From: Octopus bimaculoides
Taxonomy: Eukaryota
Length of the DNA stretch: 54,186 nt
NCBI RefSeq assembly: GCF_001194135.2
Contig: NC_068986.1
Span: forward strand, 57,549,562 to 57,603,747
Direction of reading: 5' to 3'
Part shown: positions 23,743-37,288 of the stretch, in pieces
Layout of the letters: every line of letters begins with the position of its first letter
Position numbering within the stretch: position 1 is the first letter of the stretch
Made by a program: the position numbers and the translations under genes
The notes under the pieces: model-generated
Seen by the model: the letters and a program-made list of their open reading frames with translations, nothing else
What the model was told of the DNA's origin: nothing
The model's database searches: none

Positions 23743-25175
23743 TGTGTGAGTGTGTGTGTGTGTGTGTATGTGTGTGTGTGTGTTGTGTGTCTGTCTGTAT
23801 GTATGTATGTATGTATGCGTAGGTATAAGTATATATAGCTATATACATAAGTACATATGTAAGTACATATATATATACATATTCACACATTCACACTCTC
23901 TCACACACACACACACAAACATATACACACAGACGCACACACACGCCTACTCGCACGCACATACACACAGGCATACGCATGCATACACGCACACATACAC
24001 ACACGCACACACCTATATAAAACTATATATGCATATCCGACATATCCAGACGAAAGCGCATATACATGTGTATTTCAACGCAACACATATTCATGTATTT
24101 AGGCTAGGCCGTTTGTGTTTTATAGTGGTTCTGTATATTTGTACACATATTTTTCTCCTTGTTTTCTTTCCCGGACTTAATCGTTCCCTGTGATTGTCTA
24201 CTCTAGTGTAAAGTTATAATGACGGTATAATATACAGACTCTACAGCAGGGGTCCTCCACTTCGTTTAGCATGACTATAAAACAACCAACTATTCCTGGA
24301 GTTTTATACTGCAATACAATAAAATATATACCGCAGAAAAAAAACACTTCATATANNNNNNNNNNNNNNNNNNNNNNNNNNNNNNNNNNNNNNNNNNNNN
24401 NNNNNNNNNNNNNNNNNNNNNNNNNNNNNNNNNNNNNNNNNNNNNNNNNNNNNNNNNNNNNNNNNNNNNNNNNNNNNNNNNNNNNNNNNNNNNNNNNNNN
24501 NNNNNNNNNNNNNNNNNNNNNNNNNNNNNNNNNNNNNNNNNNNNNNNNNNNNNNNNNNNNNNNNNNNNNNNNNNNNNNNNNNNNNNNNNNNNNNNNNNNN
24601 NNNNNNNNNNNNNNNNNNNNNNNNNNNNNNNNNNNNNNNNNNNNNNNNNNNNNNNNNNNNNNNNNNNNNNNNNNNNNNNNNNNNNNNNNNNNNNNNNNNN
24701 NNNNNNNNNNNNNNNNNNNNNNNNNNNNNNNNNNNNNNNNNNNNNNNNNNNNNNNNNNNNNNNNNNNNNNNNNNNNNNNNNNNNNNNNNNNNNNNNNNNN
24801 NNNNNNNNNNNNNNNNNNNNNNNNNNNNNNNNNNNNNNNNNNNNNNNNNNNNNNNNNNNNNNNNNNNNNNNNNNNNNNNNNNNNNNNNNNNNNNNNNNNN
24901 NNNNNNNNNNNNNNNNNNNNNNNNNNNNNNNNNNNNNNNNNNNNNNNNNNNNNNNNNNNNNNNNNNNNNNNNNNNNNNNNNNNNNNNNNNNNNNNNNNNN
25001 NNNNNNNNNNNNNNNNNNNNNNNNNNNNNNNNNNNNNNNNNNNNNNNNNNNNNNNNNNNNNNNNNNNNNNNNNNNNNNNNNNNNNNNNNNNNNNNNNNNN
25101 NNNNNNNNNNNNNNNNNNNNNNNNNNNNNNNNNNNNNNNNNNNNNNNNNNNNNNNNNNNNNNNNNNNNNNNNNNN

Positions 25176-25247
<72 letters not shown>

Positions 25248-25273
25248 AGAGTTAAGGAATGGAGTAGATAAAA

Positions 25274-25366
25274 TCCGGGCTACATATGTTTCATAGAGAG
25301 CGCAACCTCGGAAGTTATAAATATCCAGGCGAGGTGTATACCGCAGGCTACTCATCGGACTACGGC
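25274..25366 (-). ncRNA. Candidate type I hammerhead ribozyme with extended helix II, 3' of a PLE fragment
   Basis: GCCGTAGT-CCGATGA-GTAG...ACCTCG...CGAGGT...CTAT-GAAA-CATATG-TA-GCCCGGA. Palindromic stem III ACATATGT, GUA cleavage triplet, U4C core variant. Confidence 0.6.
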
Positions 25367-25682
25367 TATCTTGATTAAATGGCATTTATATTGTGGTGAG
25401 GCGACTCAGATTGTTATCTTTGATTAGGTCATTTTGGCCGATAAACACACGCTCTACTTATCTGATCTTCATTTTAACTTTATTATTAGTAGTAGTTTAT
25501 TTGTCAGAGTACCTCAGTCGTCTTCAATACCTCTCTGTTCATTGTGTCTCCTCTTCACTCTCGTCTTGTCCTATCTATTCCACTTTTTCTTTCTCTACTA
25601 TGTATCTCTATCTGCGCATGCGTTTACGTCTGTGCCTCTGTGTCTGTCTCTGTTTTTGGTGTGCGTATGTCTTGTGTGTGTG

Positions 25683-26410
25683 CTATTTACTAGGGTAATC
25701 TGCTGTTAACTTAATACTTTTGCGGATGGAGTTAGCTATTTGTTGGATACTCTCCATTGTGTTAGCTTCTAGTTCATAGATATTGTCTTGTTGAGGTGAT
25801 TTTGCTACTTTGTTGATATTATCCATATAGCGAGAGTACATGTTAAGGGATATAAAGCTCTCTGTTAGGCCCTCTTTGAGTTTCATATACCACCATATCA
25901 TAAAGAGTTTATTACATCGCTATTAATACTGAAAACGATGGCTGCATCCTCTCCTTGAACGTATATTTTATCATTGGATTTATTTAAAGATGTGACTCAC
26001 CTACCGCATGTGCTACCATTTTTCTCACTTGATGACGATTTTCGGAAGTCCAAATGGCTCTGGTCCACCCGTCCCATCTTTCTATAGGTGTCTTCTAGTC
26101 CATTGAGGTGATAGTTGGTCTACCTCTAGTTGGTCTACTAGAACAGAAATAGCAAAAATTGTGATTGTCTAGGTACACTTAGACTTCTAAGGAGGAGGAA
26201 CAGTTCCTCTATGTCAACACAACGAAACTCCCCTTCACTGCCGCTGATCACCTCCACCCATTTCTCAACAGAAAAATCAACATCGATGGATGGGTATAGC
26301 GACACCACATCCATACTGCCCAGTACGCAGCCTGTTAGGTTCCAGGTGCGAATGCAGTCATTAATTTAGTAGAGAAGTACTTCTGTGCTGTCACACACAT
26401 CCTGGGACAA
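25683..26410 (-). mobile_element. Second, more degenerate PLE RT fragment related to 2186-4366
   Basis: Protein ...NMYSRYMDNINKV...ANTMESIQQIANSIRKSIKLTADYP parallels the first copy. The DNA is alignable (e.g. ATGGCTCTGGTCCA, CACCACATCCATACT). Confidence 0.9.
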
Positions 26411-26678
26411 CGATGATAGTTTAGTCATTTGATCAACTGAATTATCTGCTCTTTGAATTAGGTCGTAAGTGGATGAATATTCGAGAGATATGAATATTTT
26501 GAACAGAATCCTCAGGCAGAATCAGCGTTACACATTATGGAAGAAGATTGCACCTTTGTATTGTAATACTGTCCATCCGTTGAACTTCTGTACAGTTTTC
26601 GTCTTTCTTATTTCATGTATCCGGCAAAGATTGATAGGTGCCTAACGTGCCACCCAATCGGACCGAACATGAGACCAA

Positions 26679-26720
<42 letters not shown>

Positions 26721-27280
26721 ACGCACACACACACACACACATACACTCACATACACACACAGAGAGAAAGACACACACATATACATATATATGTGTGTGT
26801 ATGTGTGTAAGTGTGACCGCATGTGTGTATATGCGTGTGTCTGTGTATAGCGATCACGCTTTGTTTAAAGTGACTAAAATTGTACTTAAAGATATTTTTG
26901 TAAGAATGTCTAGAGATGAAGATTTTTGTAAATGATCTTATGAAAGTATTTTTAACGAAAGGAATATGTGCTGAAGTTTGATTTTCTCCGCATCTCTATT
27001 TTAGCTATGGAGATTTGTAATAGCTATTTAACATTTGAATAATTATGATTACTTTTGCCTACATAACTGCATGCATACATACATACATACATACATACAT
27101 ACATACATACATACATACATACTACGTAAGTACGTATATATGTCAAAACCAGAAAGGAGAAAGCTGGATCGAAGACTACATAAGACAAACATAAAACAAA
27201 ACATACAAATCTACACATATACATACATACATACATACATACATACATGCATGCATATAAAAACATCCTGTGGTTGATGT

Positions 27281-27330
27281 TGAAATTCCAGTGAAGGAAC
27301 CTTGGATCTAGGTTAGAAATCGGCTCTTTT
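27281..27330 (+). ncRNA. Weak hammerhead-like motif in a (TACA)n-bounded module
   Basis: CCAGTGA-AGG-AACCT-tggatct-AGGTT-A-GAAA-TCGGC-TC. The stem II hairpin is good, but the core is scrambled and stems I and III are poor. Confidence 0.2.
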
Positions 27331-27954
27331 TCTATTGGCAAGAAATCTTGAAATAAAACTGAATGCATACATAAATACTTACATACACATACAGAGTTCT
27401 GGACATAGTAAAACTTTTCGATAGACAGATGCTTGCAATATTAAAGGGAGATCTCCAACTGTCTTCTAAACTACGGTATCTATAACTGTATAAATAGAAC
27501 TGTTAGAGGTCTAAACATTTCGATAAAATGTAGATGATATATATCTTTCGTCAACAGTAAAAACATTAATATGTTTACTTGAAGACGTTGAATTCCCACT
27601 TGGATACAAAACGTTAGTTGGGAAATCTCTATTTAGAAGTGCATTGAGATCTTTCCTCAAATATGAAGAACTGAATGAAAAACTAAAACTAAAAACTATA
27701 ACAAAAGAAAACTAAAATATGATTAATACATCGAACACGTATTAAAAATGCACAAAACAAATATAAACTGAAGGAATACATTGTGAACGCAGCACATATA
27801 TTCTTTCAGATCGGATGACAAAACATAGACTATTTCTGCCCTAGTGCAACACAAAATGCAAAAGTAGGGAAATCTATAACATCCCAGTAAATTAGACTAT
27901 CATCAAAAAATGAATACGATACTAAAACGGATCGTACCTCGGCAACATCAGAAT

Positions 27955-28154
27955 TTCTGTTAAGACTGCGGCCATAGTGAGGAACCGCCTTGAAAACGTT
28001 TTAATCGAATGAATCAATCCCAGTACTTAATTTTTTGCTAATCCTGGTACATATTCTATCGGTAACTCTTGCCGAACCGCTAGGTTACGGGGCTGTAAAC
28101 ACACCGACACCAGTTTTCAAGCTGTTGTAGAGGATAAACAGAAGCACACACACA

Positions 28155-28191
<37 letters not shown>

Positions 28192-28517
28192 ACACACACA
28201 CACACATACATATATATTATACCTAAGGAATGCAGAAAAGTTCTTAGCTTTAAGGGTTAATGTATCTTAAAATGATATGAATGTAATCATGTACTTTGGA
28301 ATTCGTTAACTGCAATGCAAAATGAAGTGTACATCTTATCATTTTTGAAANNNNNNNNNNTATATATATATATATATATATATACGAGAGGGTGTGTCTT
28401 GGGAAATTGTCTTCTACTATGGCTTATAGTAGAAGACACTTGTACAAGGTGCCACACAGTGGGTCTGAACTAGGAAACGTGGTTTAGGAAGCATTTTTCT
28501 TACCACACAGCCACGCT
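27955..28517 (-). mobile_element. SINE of the 14787 family, split by internal microsatellite and gap
   Basis: 3' part GACTGCGGCCAT...GGTTACGGGG at 27960-28140; 5' part TAGTAGAAGACACTTGTACAAGGTGCCAC...TTACCACACAGCCAC at 28420-28517. Confidence 0.75.
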
Positions 28518-30094
28518 TGCGCCTGCATGCGTATGTTCCTGTTTCAAATTAGACACGATTTTTTTTACTCGACGATATCAATTATCGGTTTATATCTAGG
28601 AATATACAATAAAGGAACAAAAGGTAACCTAGTGAAAAATATATTTATGCAATGCAGTGCACTGGCGTTGCCGCATTTCAATGACAAAATGTGAAAAAAA
28701 AACGGAAGAAAGAAAGAAAGATAGAAAGATAGGAAGAAAGAAAGAGAAAAAGAAAGAAAGAAAGAGAAAAAGAAAGAAAGAGAGGAAAAGAGAAAGAAAG
28801 GTAAAAAGAAAAATAGAGAGAAATAAGAATTAAGAATGAGATCTAGAAATATAGAAGTCTATCCTATTTGGATCAAATCTCCATCAATTTACAGTAATTT
28901 AGTTGTTTCTTCCGTCATTGACATCAGACCAAAAAGGGCTTGAAATTCGGGCAGGATATAAGCAGAGGCTTAGAAAGGTTTCATTTGAAGAATGCAACAC
29001 AGCTGAATATATAAATATTAAAAAAGTGAGAGATTTAGAAATAATGTTAAGAGAGGAAGAAAGAGAGAGAAAGAGAGAGAGCGAGAGCAAGAGAGAGAGA
29101 GATAGAGAGAAAACTTATGGTACAGAGAAATAGTTCATATATATAAACATGTCTATATATTCTGAGTATTCCAAACGTATCCTAATGTAATCCTTATTGT
29201 CCTTTGTACACCCTGGTTATTTTCCGTACAAGGTATTTAAAATGCAAAATTATGTGTTTATATGTTTTGTAATTTTGATTTTGCTTGTGAAATGAAACAA
29301 TTGTTGGTGAATATGTTGATTAATTAATAAATTAATTTGTATCCATTAGATCTCTCTGTTTTCTAAGTTAATAATAATGGTTGATATCTTACGATATTAT
29401 ATAATATATTCATTGAAGAAATATCTCTTCAAAGTATAATATATTAAACTCGTGAATATATANNNNNNNNNNNNNNNNNNNNNNNNNNNNNNNNNNNNNN
29501 NNNNNNNNNNNNNNNNNNNNNNNNNNNNNNNNNNNNNNNNNNNNNNNNNNNNNNNNNNNNNNNNNNNNNNNNNNNNNNNNNNNNNNNNNNNNNNNNNNNN
29601 NNNNNNNNNNNNNNNNNNNNNNNNNNNNNNNNNNNNNNNNNNNNNNNNNNNNNNNNNNNNNNNNNNNNNNNNNNNNNNNNNNNNNNNNNNNNNNNNNNNN
29701 NNNNNNNNNNNNNNNNNNNNNNNNNNNNNNNNNNNNNNNNNNNNNNNNNNNNNNNNNNNNNNNNNNNNNNNNNNNNNNNNNNNNNNNNNNNNNNNNNNNN
29801 NNNNNNNNNNNNNNNNNNNNNNNNNNNNNNNNNNNNNNNNNNNNNNNNNNNNNNNNNNNNNNNNNNNNNNNNNNNNNNNNNNNNNNNNNNNNNNNNNNNN
29901 NNNNNNNNNNNNNNNNNNNNNNNNNNNNNNNNNNNNNNNNNNNNNNNNNNNNNNNNNNNNNNNNNNNNNNNNNNNNNNNNNNNNNNNNNNNNNNNNNNNN
30001 NNNNNNNNNNNNNNNNNNNNNNNNNNNNNNNNNNNNNNNNNNNNNNNNNNNNNNNNNNNNNNNNNNCCAAAAAAATAGTTAGATAAAAAAGTAA

Positions 30095-30126
<32 letters not shown>

Positions 30127-30292
30127 TGAGGAAAAGAAAGTACGACTTTCAGATTGCGACAGAGATAATAAGTGTAAGAAGGAGAAAATGAAAATTTCGT
30201 GAATCCATAATCTTACAGAGTACTAGTAAGTAGGAGGGGAAGAGGGACACATTCAGAAAGAGAGAGAGAGAGGGAGAGAGAGAGAGAGGCAG

Positions 30293-30335
<43 letters not shown>

Positions 30336-30869
30336 GAGAGGCAGAAACAGAGAGAGAGAGGCAGAAACAGAGAGAGAGAGACAAACAAACAGACCAAAAG
30401 TGAGAGAGTAAATGAAAGGCAGAAGAGGGGAAATACTTGTAGTTAAGTTTCGGCAAATACATTAACAATGATACCTTTGTGGGATTTCTGCAGGAAGATT
30501 CCTGGATTACATACCATAGAAATTTTTTCATCCAAGGAGGTTTATTTCATTGAAATTTCGATAACTGCTCTTTCCAGAAAATCAACGACTTTTACAAACA
30601 ACCTCATAATACTCTGCATCCAGCAGTGTTACCATAATAACAACTGTTAATCTTATTTCTTTATTGCTCACAAGGGGTTAATCTTGTTAGTGTTTTAACA
30701 CGAAAGCATTGATTCTTCATTTTCTCCATCGCTGCTGTGAGCGCTACATCATTTGCACAATGTGAAGAATGGGATCCGGACAAAAGGTCCCTAGGACAAA
30801 AGTCCCACGGTTATATTTTGCGGTTATTTTTTAGTTTTTAGTATTTTTTTGTTGAATGTATCGACCCCC

Positions 30870-31110
30870 AGAATCTTTTACGTTTTTACTTTTATTAGAC
30901 TGCAGCCAGCCATACTGTCGTACCATCTTGAAGAGGTTTTAGATGGCTGTATGGGACCCAGAATTTTTTAAAGCTTGATCAAAATCACTTCCGTGATATA
31001 ATTCATTTTGTTTTTCTTTTTACTTGTTGCAGTCATTAGACTGCGGCCATGCTGGGGCACCACCTTGAGGAATTTTTAGTCGATTGTATCGACCCCAGGA
31101 TTTTTCTAGA
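30870..31110 (-). mobile_element. Two 3' SINE fragments (14787 family)
   Basis: TTACTTGTTGCAGTCATTAGACTGCGGCCATGCTGGGGCACC... plus an adjacent degenerate copy. Confidence 0.7.
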
Positions 31111-31609
31111 TGATTTTCAACCAGCGCATGAAGTCAAGCCTAAAAGGGCTCTCGATATGTTAGAAATAACAGCCAAATCTCTTGAAATTTTTCAAGAATG
31201 ATAAGGAGGAGATGTATACTTCATTTTACATTGCAGTTAACGAACTCTAAAGTACATTATTATATTCATATCATTTTAAAATACAATAATACGACTCCAG
31301 AACTTGATTATGAATATGAAATTATTTCAGAAAGCATAATACATTCCAAAATACCATACCATACTTATAATACAATAAAAATTATTTCAGGATTATGTAT
31401 TGCTAAGTACATTGATAATTCAAGTTATTTCACAATATATTATTAAACATGCCTAAGCGCAATTTCAAAACTACATAATTAAATATTCTAGACTACATAA
31501 TTACAAACTGGTTTCAATTTTTATACGGGATATTAGTGTGTAATAGCTTGCTATTACCTGAAGTGAAATTGTTATAGACTCACAAGGTAACAAGGGAGGT
31601 AATATAATA

Positions 31610-32889
31610 TTGGTTTGTCCGGAAAGTTCACGCCGATTTTTAAAGGAAAGAAAAAGGTCAATAAATATTTGTCATTACATTTTTAATCAACCAAATATGA
31701 ACCATTTTGTTGCACAATGCGTCTCCATCTTTCCTTTAACTTGAAAATGCTCTCTTCCCAGAATTAAGGTGGTTTCATGGCAAAGAATTCATCAAGGTAC
31801 ATTTTTACGTCATCCAAGGAATTGAAATTATTACCATTAAGACTATTCTTCAGAGACCTGAATAAGTGGAAATCCGAAGGAGCAATATCTGGTGAATATG
31901 GAGGGTGGGGTAACACATCCCAGCCGAACTGCAGCAATTTTTGTCTGGTTCCCAAAGAAACGTGCGGTCTTGTATTATCATGTTGGAAAACAACACCCTT
32001 CTTGTTAACCAATTCTGGACGTTTCTCTTGAATTGCTGCTTTTAACTTGTCCAGTTGTGTGCAGTATTTCTCAGAATTAAATGTCTGGTTACTTGAAAGA
32101 AGCTCATAGTACAGAATCCCTTTCCAATCCCACCAGACACAAAGCAAGACATTTTTAGGGTGTAGACCTGCTTTTGGGGTGACTAAGGGTGGCACAAGTC
32201 GTTTACTCCAGGATCGCTTCCTCCGAACATTTCGGTAGATAATCCATTTCTCATCACCCGTCACAATTTGCTGTAAAACAGGTGCGTTTTCATTCCGTTC
32301 ATAAAGCGAATCACTGAAGGAAATGCGATCCAAAAGGTTCTTCTCACTCAACTCATGTGGTACCCAAACATCGTAGTGATTTGTGTACCCAAGCTTTACC
32401 AGGCATTCATGAACGAGGGATTTTGATAGGTTGAGGCTTTCTGCCAATTTTCGGGTTGCGCAATGTGAGTTATTCCCAATTAATGACTTGATTTGGTCAT
32501 CATCTGTAGTAGATGGTCTGCCTGATCACTCTTTATCAATAAGGCTACAATCTCCAGCTCGGAACCTTGCGAACCACTTCCGTACAGTTCTTTCGGATAA
32601 AGAAACATCACCGTAAACTGCGCATATTTCTTTGGCTGCTTGTGAGGCATTTTCCCCTTTGCAGAAAAAGAAAAGCATCAAGTGCCTGAAAATGAACTTT
32701 CTTCCATTTTAAAGGGTTACAGAATTAACACAGGTTATAGGAGCATAAACCTTCTTCCACGAAAAGATAGCTTAACCTGTGCTCTAAATGGAAGTGTAGT
32801 CAAATCCTATTTTATTGACTCAACCATGTTCTAAAATAAGTCGAAAGGTAAGCTACTATAAATCGGCACGAACTTTCCGGACAACCCAT
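31610..32889 (-). mobile_element. Full-length mariner (DD34D) transposon with TA target duplication
   Basis: TIRs TTGGTTTGTCCGGAAAGTTCACGCCGATTT / AAATCGGCACGAACTTTCCGGACAACCCAT; TA at 31608-31609 and 32890-32891; length 1280 bp. Confidence 0.97.
31683..32707 (-). pseudogene. Mariner transposase, inactivated (one frameshift near start, stops at 32526-32528 and 31764-31766)
   Basis: WVPHEL, IVTGDEKW, HDN-(34 aa)-YSPDIAPSD motifs. The C-terminus continues FWEESIFKLKERWRRIVQQNGSYLVD* after the premature stop. Confidence 0.95.
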
Positions 32890-32978
32890 TATGAATATGT
32901 ACTCGCAAATTAAGTAGGGAGGTAAATTTCTGTACTTCATTTTAAAAATTTATGGGAAAATACATCTTATAAATATTG

Positions 32979-33200
32979 GTTTCAAATTTCTGTACAAGAT
33001 CAGCATGTTCAGGGGAGGAGAGGTCGATTTCATCGATCACATTGTTCCACTGGTACTTATTTTACCAACCCCGAAAAGATGGGAGGCAAAGTCATGTCTG
33101 ACAGAATTTGAACTCAGAACATAGCTCAGATGAAGCTAGGACGAAATGCCGCTAAGCCTTTTCCCGGTGCGGTAAAGATTCTGCTAGCTCGCCGCCTTGT
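32979..33200 (-). mobile_element. tRNA-derived SINE with 15-bp TSD
   Basis: Head GGCGGCGAGCTAGCAGAA, B box GAGTTCAAATTC. TSD ATCTTATAAATATTG at 32964-32978 and 33201-33215. Confidence 0.9.
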
Positions 33201-34143
33201 ATCTTATAAATATTGATAAATAAAGTTAAAATAAACGTTAGGAAATGGTTAACAACTTAACCTTGGTTTTTCGAATAAAAAATTCTTCATTGCTACTTTG
33301 TTGTGTCATTTTTCTGCACATTAATGAAATGGAAAAAGTTTAAAATTTGTTTGCTGAATTCCTGAACATCTATCTAAAATCTCACTGAGTCGAATTTATA
33401 AAATTTATTTTCCCGTGCATTTTTGTATTTTTAAAGTACAGAAATTTACATCCTACCGTATTTTGGGCCTACTAGCATCTATAATATTACTTCTCTTGTT
33501 ACCTCGTGCGTCTAAAACGACGTGACTTCCAGTGGACACATATATTAAACGAAGGATCATAGCAAGCTATTAAATATGTACATTGTAATGAATATGTCCA
33601 ATAGGATGTGAAACCGGTTTGCAATAATGTACTTTTGAACAGATCCTTCAATCATATGAAGAGAACCTGTTGGTTTGAGGCTTTTAATTTTGCTTCATTT
33701 GTCCATATTTCATCAAAGTGTGCAACAAGATCAATCTTACGCTGAATGTAATTCCGTTGCTACAGTTGGCTTGTAACAATGAGTTCCTTCTGTTCTATTT
33801 CTGAAAAGTTAATTTTTTGAAAATCTAGATTTTAGAAGTTTCTTTTCGATATTCTTATGTTTATATCACATGTGTCGCATTCTTGATATGTTGGTGTTTG
33901 TCAATCAGTGCTTCAAATGTCTAGGGTGCTCAACTTTTGATTTAAAGTTTAAGTGGAAAGTAACTTTAGGTCTTTTCATGGTGTGGTATGATAAAATATA
34001 CATAGATGTCATTGAAGACTGTTACTTACATTCTTTACTTTATATGTTTCCAGTCTGATTTTGACCTCGATCATGTACTGATTCTGTATTTTCTTATTTC
34101 ATTTAACCCCACCAACGATCGTCACTTTTTGCCGTTTGTAAGA

Positions 34144-34526
34144 TTGTTGGCACTCCGTCGCTTACGACGTCGAGGGTTCCAATTGATCCGATCCACGGAA
34201 CAGCCTGCTCGTGAAATTAACGTGCAAGTGGCTGAGCACTCCACAGACACGTGTACCCTTAACGTAGTTCTCGGGGAGATTCAGCGTGACACAGTGTGAC
34301 AAGGCTTGCCCCTTTGAAATACAGGTACAACAGAAAGTGGAAGAAAGAGTGAGAGAAGGTTGTGGTGGAAGAGTACAGCAGGGTTCGCCACCATCCCCTG
34401 CCGGAGCCTCGTGGAGCTTTAGGTGTTTTCGCTCAATAAACACTCACAACGCCCGGTCTGGGAATCGAAACCACGATCCTATGACCGCGAGTCCGCTGCC
34501 CTAACCACTGGGCCATTGCGCCTCCA
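34144..34526 (-). mobile_element. tRNA-derived SINE, full length (same family as 13567-13938)
   Basis: Head TGGAGGCGCAATGGCCCAGTGGTTAGGGCAG, B box GGTTTCGATTCCC, tail GACGGAGTGCCAACAA. Confidence 0.9.
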
Positions 34527-34790
34527 CTGCCGTTTGTAAAACCTCTTCTCATTACTGTCAACGCGAAAGGAACTATCATAGACTACAAAAGACATGTCAT
34601 ACATATAAATGTATGTCTGTGTCTGGTGTGTGTACTTGTTTGTGTATTGATATATGTGTATAGACACACACACACAGACATACTCACACACAAATACATA
34701 TGGATAGCTTCCTGGATACACATACACACATATATAGGCACAACGGCGCACGTGCACACACACACACACACACACACACANNNNNNNNNN

Positions 34791-34839
<49 letters not shown>

Positions 34840-35171
34840 TACACCTATATATAGTTAGAATGGTACTAGATTACCGAAAATACGGTGAACAGTATACTTT
34901 TTATGAACAAAAATTTCATGTGTTTCAGGTAGCTGATTTCAAGAAAACCTTAGTATGTATACTCATTTTAAGAATAAAACTGTCAGTGTACAGCTCCTTC
35001 TCCCAGAAAGAGCAGACATCAAATGATATAAATGTGTGTATTATTTGATGTTGGTTACTTCTAGGAGAGTAAATCGCTGTGCCCGTGTGTGTGTACATAA
35101 ATATATACATATAAACATACATATATGCATGCATACACACACACACACATATATATATACATATATATATA

Positions 35172-35245
<74 letters not shown>

Positions 35246-36054
35246 CATATATATAAATACACACACACAGATGTATGTGTGGATGTGTGTTCATATCCTG
35301 AATGAATGATTTTGATGAGAGGCCGACTCATTCAGATCTCACCTGTAGCTAAATAGAAGGAACACCAACAATAACAAAAGCATCAATGACAGCAATACTG
35401 CGATATATTAAAATAAGTTTCTTGCTCAGACTTCAATGAAACGTCTAAAATATAGTCTTCTTCCAAAATGTCACATGTTTTTTCTGCATTATTGTTTGTA
35501 TCCTCACTTGTTCTGATTCTTTTCCTCTTGTATTATTTTTTGTTTTGTATCTTATACTCTATCTCAGTGTAAAGGAAGCCGTTATCATTATAACGACACT
35601 ATATGCGATTTCCGTTTCTGATTGTATGTCTATTTCATATTTTAAACTGAATTTCCTCTATCTAGTTATCCCCTTCCTCGATCCACCCCATTCACTCCGT
35701 CTCTGTCTCTTTCTTTCTCTGTGTGTGTACGTATATGTATAGGTCTCTTTTCTACTTCGTTATTCTTTTTTTTTTTAAATTTAACAACGGTTTTAATATT
35801 TTATTTTCTCACTGACAACTCAATGACTGATGTTCTCATCACTTGTATTTTTTCTCCTCTTCGTCTAAAGTGATACCTTCAAATCTTTAACAGATGTAGC
35901 AGTAAGCTAAGCATTGCAATATTATCGTGCTTTGCGCTTGCTGGATTGAGCTATGAAATAAATATTAGTTTTAGATTAATTCTAAGAAAGATAGCTCTTT
36001 CTCAACGAACTGTGTGAAAAAAAAAAACTCGCACTTGGTACTTATGTACATGCA

Positions 36055-36163
<109 letters not shown>

Positions 36164-36424
36164 CTACACACATATATATATATATATATGAGTAAAACTA
36201 TTTGTGTACGTGAATATATATGTATATATACATACGTACCTACACACACACATACTCACACACACATATGTATACATGCGTACACATGAATGTACATGTA
36301 TATCTATATATATATGAATGTGTGCGTATGCCTGCGTGTGTATATGTGTGTGCGTTTGCATATATGTGCATGCATGTGTGTGTATGTGCGTGCGTGAGTG
36401 TGTGTTTGTGTGTGTGTATGTGTG

Positions 36425-36455
<31 letters not shown>

Positions 36456-37288
36456 ACTTTCACACTGCATAAGATACAATCTGACAGAAGTATTGAAGCA
36501 ACTTAATTAATTCATATTCGACGGAAGAAACTGAATATCCTCTTGTTTTACGAACAAACCGCTTGTCTTTTCAAGTATTAAGACATAAATATAGATAGTA
36601 AGTACTTCTTTGTTATATTAGTTATTTAAGATGACTGTTTCATCTTACTCGGATTTCTCATACAAAATGTTAAACGCAAAAGAAGAAATATCATTTCGGA
36701 GGGTACTTGCTGCTATCAACAATTATTAAATCATCTATTTATACAGTAACATTGATAGCTAAGCTCTCGGTGAGAAGAGCTTCTTCTATTTGTTATTTTT
36801 ATCAAGTCATTACTAGGCACGGCTGTATGATTAAGAATTTCATAATTACCTGCTTTTAGGTTCCGTACCATTAGAAGGCACATTGGACAAGTGTTTCCTA
36901 TCATAGCCTTGATTCCAGAGAGTGAAATTTGATAGACGGAAAGTATGTGGCGGTTAACTGATGCGATAGTTCCAGATCTTAGATGGTAGACTTAATCTGT
37001 TGCTCATTTCCCCGAGTCGCGTTCAGCAGCGAATATTTCATTGCAATTATTCAGAACATGTCTCAGTTCCAAGGGAAACTTTCTTTTCTTTCACCACTCA
37101 GAGAAGCGCTGTTTTACTACAACTCATTGGAAAGGGCCATGGCGTTGCTTTTCCATTACTATATAATGGAGTGCTGTGGATTCCTATGTCAATAGTTCAC
37201 TCATTAACTCATTCAACCAATCAAACAATCAATCATTACATATGTCTCGTGAAAGTGACTGTCGCAAAGTAGTTCATACCGCTAAATA

